From positions 49,392-113,391 of the forward strand of contig JBEKOB010000002.1 in NCBI GenBank assembly GCA_049522195.1: a stretch of DNA of 64,000 nucleotides, written 5' to 3'. How positions within the stretch are numbered: the first letter of the stretch is position 1; each line of letters begins with the position of its first letter. A program made the translations under genes and the position numbers. The DNA is from Bacteroidota bacterium (GTDB taxonomy: Bacteria > Bacteroidota > Ignavibacteria > UBA10030). The notes beneath the pieces were generated by a model. The model was given only the letters and a program-made list of their open reading frames with translations, ran no database searches and was not told where the DNA came from. Below, in pieces: positions 58,542-64,000 of this stretch.

Positions 58542-60358
58542 ACTTTTCTGCTGAACGAGCGTTCTACGCTGTTGATAATTCCGGTGGCTGCATCGAGAAG
58601 CTCCGCTCTGGCTTCCTGTGTGTCGGAGGCAGGGGCAAAGCGTGCGAATTCGGCTCTGTCGATGCACGAACGGAGAGTCTGCACCGTCTCGGTTGGGACA
58701 TGATGTTGTTCAAGGAGCGTTGCCGCTTCGTCAATGGTCAGCGAGGCCTTGGGGATATGCAACTTGTCCTCGAGATACCCCATGAGCGCCTTCGACACTT
58801 CTGCGTGATAACTCTCGGTGTTTCCCTGCGAGAAAAGCTTCCGTGCCTGCTTCAACCGCTTCGTTACCTCACGTCCCGCTTTTGCGAAGCGCAGTTGATC
58901 GACTTTTCCAGAGAGCTTCTCCTGTCGCTTGCGATACGCGAATGCTCCGAGAAACGCGATTGGAGGAACAACAAAGAGAGCGACCAGCCAGTTGCTGGTA
59001 AAAAGAGATTCGCCGATTGGCTGCAGCTCGCCCAGAGTGAGATTGAGGAACCGGATATCCTCTCCCAGCAGCCGGACGTCCGACTTTGAAGCAATTGCCG
59101 CGCCGCCGCTGATGTCTCGCCCCTGTAGAACGGTGAAATTGAATCGTTGGGAACGCAGGGTATTGTAAGCGTTTCGATCGAGATCGAAATACGAGAACGA
59201 GATCGGCTCAACTGCCCGATCGCCTGCGTTGCGGGGAATGATGAGATACTCTGCGATTTTCTTCCCCCGTATCATGCCGCCATCGCGTGTGATCTCGTCG
59301 GTGATTTTAGGATCATATGCTTCAAAATCAGCCGGCAGGTTCGGTTTCGGAGGAGTCAGCAGCTTGATGTTCCCGGAGCCAGTGACCGTGAGCCGCAGTG
59401 TAATCGGGTCACCGGTTTTGACCTCTTTCTTGTCCGCCGTGGCTGTGAACGTAAACTGCCCTACTGCACCACCGAATCCTGCAGGCGGATTCCCCGGCAG
59501 GGGATCCACGGTGACATTGAGGGGATTCGACTTGAAATCCTGCTCGACGTTCTGCATACGCGAAAAAAACGGGTCGTTGAAGAACGAATCAAACGGGTCG
59601 TTGCTCTTCTTACGGGATTGAAGCTGATACGCGCAACGGACCTCGAGGGGCGATATGACAAGCTTGCCGCTCTGCGTCGGGAACAGCGCTGTCTTCCGGA
59701 TCACTGCCACCCGGTATTGCTTTCCCTCGTACGTTTCGTTGACGACCGTCGGCTGCTTGGGCTGATCAGTTTCTTCTGCCCAGAATCCCTGGTATACCGG
59801 CGCCTTGGCAATATCGTATCCGGAAACCTGGAGGCGGGTATATAGCTTGTACGTGACCGTGACGGGCTCACCCTGCTTGACTCGCTGCTTGTCGCTCAAG
59901 GCGCGAATGAAAAGATTATCCCCCACATTTTGAGAGGCATCGGCTTCTTTCTGCTGCGTCTGGGGTTTGCCCTGTACGACTTCAATCTGAATCGGCTGCG
60001 TTTGAAGCGTCGTTCCTCTGTAATCGACACTGGCCGCCCCGATGGAATACTTGCCGGTCTGGCGGGCGTACAAATAGTATGTATAGGTGACGGACCCGGA
60101 CATCTGGCCGTTGACAAACTGCATGTTCGTGGACTGGTTGGGTCCGCTGAGGACGACAAAGGGGCTGAAATTCGGCGCCTTGAAGTTTTTGACACCATTC
60201 ACGTCGGAGCCGGAGACGGTAAACGATACTTCAAACCGATCACCTGTGCCGACGGACGAACGGTCCACGCTGGCAACAAACGTCCCGTTTTGCGCCGTTG
60301 CGGTCAGGCTCAGCACCATGAGCAACACGATATGTCGCACAACGTTTCTCACTACCAA
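58538..60358 (-). CDS. batD: BatD-like protein
   Basis: 606 aa with a signal peptide (TTG/GTG start). Repeated beta-domain architecture. A C-terminal TM (WLVALFVVPPIAFLGAFAY) followed by a cytoplasmic tail. The size, position after batB/C and the motif pattern fit BatD. Confidence 0.7.
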   Translation of the reverse strand: MVVRNVVRHIVLLMVLSLTATAQNGTFVASVDRSSVGTGDRFEVSFTVSGSDVNGVKNFKAPNFSPFVVLSGPNQSTNMQFVNGQMSGSVTYTYYLYARQTGKYSIGAASVDYRGTTLQTQPIQIEVVQGKPQTQQKEADASQNVGDNLFIRALSDKQRVKQGEPVTVTYKLYTRLQVSGYDIAKAPVYQGFWAEETDQPKQPTVVNETYEGKQYRVAVIRKTALFPTQSGKLVISPLEVRCAYQLQSRKKSNDPFDSFFNDPFFSRMQNVEQDFKSNPLNVTVDPLPGNPPAGFGGAVGQFTFTATADKKEVKTGDPITLRLTVTGSGNIKLLTPPKPNLPADFEAYDPKITDEITRDGGMIRGKKIAEYLIIPRNAGDRAVEPISFSYFDLDRNAYNTLRSQRFNFTVLQGRDISGGAAIASKSDVRLLGEDIRFLNLTLGELQPIGESLFTSNWLVALFVVPPIAFLGAFAYRKRQEKLSGKVDQLRFAKAGREVTKRLKQARKLFSQGNTESYHAEVSKALMGYLEDKLHIPKASLTIDEAATLLEQHHVPTETVQTLRSCIDRAEFARFAPASDTQEARAELLDAATGIINSVERSFSRKV

Positions 60359-62103
60359 TCCTTCTCAATGATGATTTTCGACGCTGCGCGCTTTCGCAAC
60401 TGCTTCTGAATATCCTTCTCGTTGTTCCGGAGCGCATCGAGAATGCGCTCTGCCTGCTGCTTCGGCATCTGGTTCTTCTGCTGTTGCTGATTGGTCTGGT
60501 CCGGCTTCGCCTGTTGCTGTTGCGGAGGTTGCTGCTGCTTGTTCTGGTCCTGCTTGTCCTGGTTTTGCTGCTGATCCTGCTTGTTCTGCTGATTCTGGTC
60601 TTTTTTGTCCTGCTTGTTTTGCTTGTCCTGTTTCTTCTGATCCTGTTGCTTCTTCAGCCGATCCTTGGCGAACAGGTAATTGTACCGGGCGTCTTCATCT
60701 GAAGGGTCAAGACGCAACGACCGCTTGTAGGATTCGATACTCGAATCAAGCTGGTTTGATTTGAAGAATGTGTTGCCAAGGTTATAGTATGCCATTTCTT
60801 TGTCGCCGGGTGCTTTTGAGGCTGTGATACGATGCGAGTACATTCGCTGAGCCTCGTCCGACCTCTGCTGTTTGTAATAGGCATTCCCGAGGTTGAATTG
60901 AGCTTCTCGCGAGGATGTATCCTTCGCGAGGGCTTTCATATATTCAGCCTCGGCATCAGCATATTTGGCCTTTGCATAGGCTTCATTGCCGCTTGCGATA
61001 TGTGAGCGGAGAGTCTGGCTCGATGCGGAAGCAACGCACAGAACCAGAATGAGCGGAAGTGCTCGGGCGGCAGGGAGGACGCGCATCAAGCGCGTGAGGA
61101 ATCTGCCCCGTCGCTCTGAAAGCAGGAGCTCGACCACGAGCAGAAGAATGCCGAGGGTGAGCGGGTACTGGAACTGATCTTCAAATCCAGTCACCTGGAG
61201 ACTCCCCATTTCGGTCTTCTGAAGCGCTTCAAGCTCTTTGTGAATCTCGTCAATCTCGTTTCCTGCGTTTGTGGCCCGGCGGTAACTTCCACCGGTTGTC
61301 AAGGCAATCTGCTGGAGGGCTGACTCATCGAGTTTTGTCAGCACGATATTGCCGGCACGATCATGCTTGTAGTCTGTTCTCTCGCCATTCGCGCCATAGA
61401 TTGGTATTGGGCTTCCCTCCGGCGTTCCCATCCCGATGGCGAACACCCGGACCCCCTCCTTCCGCGCTTTTTCCACAGCTGCAGCAATGTCACCTTCGGT
61501 GTTTTCTCCATCGCTGACGACAACAATCGCCTTTTGGGTCGGAAGGTCTTTCGGGAACGACTTCAGCGCGACCTCGATTGCAGTCCCGATCATTGTCCCT
61601 GGCACCGGCACCGCCTCGACATCGACCGCGTTGATGAACAAGTCTGCTGCCGAGTAGTCGGCCGTCAAAGGAAATTGGACGAACGCTTCGCCGGCAAACA
61701 CAACAAGGCCAACGCGATCCCCCTGCAATGTACGCAACAAATCAGAAACATCTCGCTTTGCCTTCTCAAGCCGGCTTGGGCGTATATCTTCGGCTTTCAT
61801 GCTGAGGGAAACATCCAGTGCAACGAAAAGATCGATTCCCTCGCGTTTGACCTCTTCAAGCCGCGTTCCGACCTGCGGATTCGCCGCAGCAAGAATCAGG
61901 CATGCAAGCGAGAAGAGCAGGAGCCCCTGCTTGACGGTCCTCTTGGCTGTGCTGGCGTCGGGGGCCAGCTGCGCCACAAGGGGCTCAGAGACGAACTCGC
62001 GCATCAACTGCTTTCGCCTGTGGTGCAGAAGAAAGAAGGCGAGAGCAAGCGCCGGAATCGCCAGCAAAGCCCATAAATAGAGAGGATGTGCGAAACGAAG
62101 CAT
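60352..62103 (-). CDS. Fused BatB/BatC-like protein: N-terminal TM plus von Willebrand factor A domain, TPR repeats, Gln/Lys/Asp-rich low-complexity tail
   Basis: 583 aa. vWA MIDAS DVSLSM and ...VVVSDGENT... TPR-like YNLGNAYYKQQRSDEAQRMY and YYNLGNTFFKSNQLDSSIESYKRSLRLDP. The tail is (K/Q/D)-rich for about 75 aa. Confidence 0.75.
   Translation of the reverse strand: MLRFAHPLYLWALLAIPALALAFFLLHHRRKQLMREFVSEPLVAQLAPDASTAKRTVKQGLLLFSLACLILAAANPQVGTRLEEVKREGIDLFVALDVSLSMKAEDIRPSRLEKAKRDVSDLLRTLQGDRVGLVVFAGEAFVQFPLTADYSAADLFINAVDVEAVPVPGTMIGTAIEVALKSFPKDLPTQKAIVVVSDGENTEGDIAAAVEKARKEGVRVFAIGMGTPEGSPIPIYGANGERTDYKHDRAGNIVLTKLDESALQQIALTTGGSYRRATNAGNEIDEIHKELEALQKTEMGSLQVTGFEDQFQYPLTLGILLLVVELLLSERRGRFLTRLMRVLPAARALPLILVLCVASASSQTLRSHIASGNEAYAKAKYADAEAEYMKALAKDTSSREAQFNLGNAYYKQQRSDEAQRMYSHRITASKAPGDKEMAYYNLGNTFFKSNQLDSSIESYKRSLRLDPSDEDARYNYLFAKDRLKKQQDQKKQDKQNKQDKKDQNQQNKQDQQQNQDKQDQNKQQQPPQQQQAKPDQTNQQQQKNQMPKQQAERILDALRNNEKDIQKQLRKRAASKIIIEKDW
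60484..60702 (-). repeat. DNA-level low-complexity tandem repeat encoding the KQD-rich tail of the BatB/C-like protein
   Basis: The plus strand shows reiterated ctgctgttg / cttgtcctg / ctgattctg 9-mers. The antisense 72-aa ORF of pure L/V/I is a by-product. Confidence 0.6.
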
Positions 62104-62132
62104 AGAAGGTTTTAGCGATTAGCTGATAGCTG

Positions 62133-62492
62133 TTAGCTTTTGGTTGATAGTTTCTGGATAAAGCTATTAAGCATCTTCTTGATTTCTGTCAACTCCTGCT
62201 GGAGTGACTCGTACTCGGCGTCCGTCAGCAACGTAAGATTGTGCGAAAGCAGAAGGTGATACTCGAGTTCGGCACCAGAGCCGAGAGCTACAATCAAAAA
62301 ACGGCAAAAGTCCGCGTCTGTTTTTCGGCCACATCCCTCTGCAATGTTAGCGGCAATCGATGTGCTTGCCCTGCGCATCTGACTCGTCAATCCGTACATC
62401 TCCTCTTTGGGAAACTTTTTCGTCACTTTATAAATGTTTAGCGTGAGACTATGAGCTTTCTGCCAAACGCGCAATTGACGGAAGTCTTTCAT
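62133..62492 (-). CDS. Four-helix-bundle protein (TIGR02436 / 23S rRNA-intervening-sequence-type protein) inserted inside the bat operon
   Basis: About 119 aa from MKDFRQLRVWQKAHSLTLNIYKVTKKFPKEEMYGLTSQMRRASTSIAANIAEGCGR..., the hallmark motif of this family. Confidence 0.8.
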   Translation of the reverse strand: MKDFRQLRVWQKAHSLTLNIYKVTKKFPKEEMYGLTSQMRRASTSIAANIAEGCGRKTDADFCRFLIVALGSGAELEYHLLLSHNLTLLTDAEYESLQQELTEIKKMLNSFIQKLSTKS

Positions 62493-62568
62493 AGCATTGA
62501 TCTCATACGAAAAGCTCATGAGGACAATCAATTCTTCTGGCTAACAGCCAATCGCCAACAGCTAACCG

Positions 62569-63588
62569 CTACGGTATTTTCCTCAGCACCGTTCCCGCCA
62601 GCGTCACCTCGAGTAAGACCAGGAACAATCCGCCAAAGAGCCAACCGTAATACCTCTCAGAATATCGCTTGTACGCCGTGACCTCGATTCTCGAACGTTC
62701 GAGCTGGTCAATCTCTTTATAGATGGCTTTCAGCTTCCTGTTGTCGGTGGCGCGGTAGTATTTGCCGCCCGTCATCTCAGCCACGGCCGAGAGTGCTTTC
62801 TCATCGAGATCGACGGGGATAAGCCTTCGCTGTATGCCGAAAGGCGTCTCGACCGGGAATGGGGCTTCACCCTGAGCGCCAACACCAACGGTGTAGACGC
62901 GAATGCCGAAGGTTGCTGCAATCTTCGCAGCGGTGATTGGATCAATCTCGCCCCGATTGTTAACTCCGTCCGTCAGGAGGATCATCACACGGCTCTTTGC
63001 CTTGCTGTCCTTGAGCCGGTTCACGCCGTTTGCCAGAGCGAGGCCGATTGCCGTTCCATCGGCAATCATGCCATTCTTCACTTCCTTCAGAAGGGATTTC
63101 AGGACCGGATAATCCGTCGTCAGCGGGCACTGTGTAAAGCTCTCGGCAGAGAAAATGACGAGACCGATGCGATCGTTGGTCCGGCCGTCGATGAATTCTT
63201 CGGCTACCTGTTTCGCTGCCAGCATGCGATTCGGCGTAAAATCCTCCGCTTGCATGCTGCCGGAAATATCGAGGAGCAAAACAATATCAATGCCCTCGGT
63301 AGATACATTCTCCCTGCTGGACATCGCTTGTGGTCGCGCCAGCGCGATAATAAAGAGCGCCAGGGCGGCCAAGCGGAGCCAGAGCGGCGCCTGGTACAAT
63401 TTCTCACGCAGTGCGCGCGGCGTTTGTCCGAATGGTTGCAGGGAAGAGAAGGTCACCTCCGTGACCATCTTCCGCCGCCGTCTCCAGAAGATGAAACCGA
63501 GCACCGGGATCAGCAACAGTAACCAGAGCACCCAGGGGTATGCAAACCCGTCACCGAACACTTTCCACCTCCTGCTCTTCGGGTTCAA
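62569..63588 (-). CDS. batA: BatA-like protein (TM plus vWA domain)
   Basis: The N-terminus ...FAYPWVLWLLLLIPVLGFIFWRRRRK matches the BatA consensus. vWA MIDAS DISGSM. ...LLTDGVNN... The exact start is uncertain: it overlaps the upstream ORF by 11-38 nt depending on the start chosen. Confidence 0.8.
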   Translation of the reverse strand: MNPKSRRWKVFGDGFAYPWVLWLLLLIPVLGFIFWRRRRKMVTEVTFSSLQPFGQTPRALREKLYQAPLWLRLAALALFIIALARPQAMSSRENVSTEGIDIVLLLDISGSMQAEDFTPNRMLAAKQVAEEFIDGRTNDRIGLVIFSAESFTQCPLTTDYPVLKSLLKEVKNGMIADGTAIGLALANGVNRLKDSKAKSRVMILLTDGVNNRGEIDPITAAKIAATFGIRVYTVGVGAQGEAPFPVETPFGIQRRLIPVDLDEKALSAVAEMTGGKYYRATDNRKLKAIYKEIDQLERSRIEVTAYKRYSERYYGWLFGGLFLVLLEVTLAGTVLRKIP

Positions 63589-64000
63589 CTGTCGGTTTCG
63601 GGATCATGGCCCGGACAATTTCGTATGCCCAGCGAAGCTCATGATCATGCTCATCGGGAGCCGGGACGTACTTGGCGAACTTCACGAGGTCTGCCGTGGT
63701 GAAGAACGAACGGAATTCTTTCAGCAATGCCTGAGCCTCGGGGAGCTTCGACAGCTGGGCGAGGATTTCATCCGACGTCGATTCAAGCGCAAGAACACCA
63801 TACTGTTCCTCGATGAACCGTCGCACGATTTCAGTGACCTCGGAGTAATACTGCTTGACCTTTCCGTGTTGCCACAGGTGTTTGTCTTCGAGAAGGCGCA
63901 GGGCAGCGAGTGCCGCCTGGCCCGGTGGTATCGAAGGTTTCACCGGGACAAATCCCTCTTCGCGACGCTTCTTCCACCTACGGTAGTAATAATATCCGGC
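63551..64000 (-). CDS. DUF4381-like protein, 5'-truncated by the window edge
   Basis: The reading frame stays open to the window end (...AGYYYYRRWKKRREEGFVPVKPSIPPGQAALAALRLLE...). A Tyr/Arg/Lys-rich juxtamembrane segment and a position upstream of batA fit DUF4381. Confidence 0.4.
   Translation of the reverse strand, partial: AGYYYYRRWKKRREEGFVPVKPSIPPGQAALAALRLLEDKHLWQHGKVKQYYSEVTEIVRRFIEEQYGVLALESTSDEILAQLSKLPEAQALLKEFRSFFTTADLVKFAKYVPAPDEHDHELRWAYEIVRAMIPKPTVEPEEQEVESVR

Noticed and set aside
60484-60702. 72-aa all-Leu/Val plus-strand ORF (MLIGLVRLRLLLLRRLLLLVLV...)
   Set aside because: It is the antisense translation of the KQD-rich repeat encoding the BatB/C tail and is not an independent gene.

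Overview
This is a chromosomal replication-origin neighbourhood from a roughly 55-58% GC bacterium. Shine-Dalgarno-like AAGGAG sites sit in front of several genes. The lineage is uncertain: the gene content (bat aerotolerance operon, BatD, RhaT, DUF4381) suggests an FCB-group-like or related Gram-negative organism.

The left half is a conserved housekeeping block. On the minus strand: dnaX, lon, a DUF2461 protein, murQ, rsmG, mnmG, mnmE, yidC, yidD, rnpA and rpmH. This is followed divergently on the plus strand by dnaA, dnaN, recF, a DUF721 protein, gyrB and gyrA. There are two candidate oriC segments: the rpmH-dnaA spacer, which carries near-consensus DnaA boxes, and a roughly 75% AT tract between dnaA and dnaN.

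The right half is accessory-like (about 24.9-45.1 kb). It holds:
- an SPFH/band-7 membrane protein, directly followed by an ~1870-aa orphan giant protein in which an apparently intact class-I PLP aminotransferase fold is fused to a divergent PEP-carboxylase-like C-terminal region;
- a convergent two-domain aldehyde dehydrogenase;
- a long-form deoxyribose-phosphate aldolase;
- a RhaT symporter;
- a YiiX-like permuted papain amidase;
- a LamG-fold secreted protein;
- a PPC/DUF296 protein;
- a 1572-aa secreted protein with an N-terminal LamG domain and two C-terminal VOC/glyoxalase domains.

Two homologous ~140-170-bp imperfect palindromic intergenic repeats flank part of this block.

The remainder contains DUF192, AsmA and DUF2062 genes; a MacAB-like exporter (HlyD adaptor, ATPase, two FtsX permeases) with a Kelch lipoprotein and a DoxX protein; a PDZ-7TM-GAF-PP2C sensor phosphatase; and a bat operon (DUF4381, batA, four-helix-bundle insert, fused batB/C, batD, batE).

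No tRNA, rRNA, CRISPR array, transposase or integrase was recognised. The plus-strand coordinates I derived by hand for non-ORF features (terminators, repeats) may be off by a few nucleotides.
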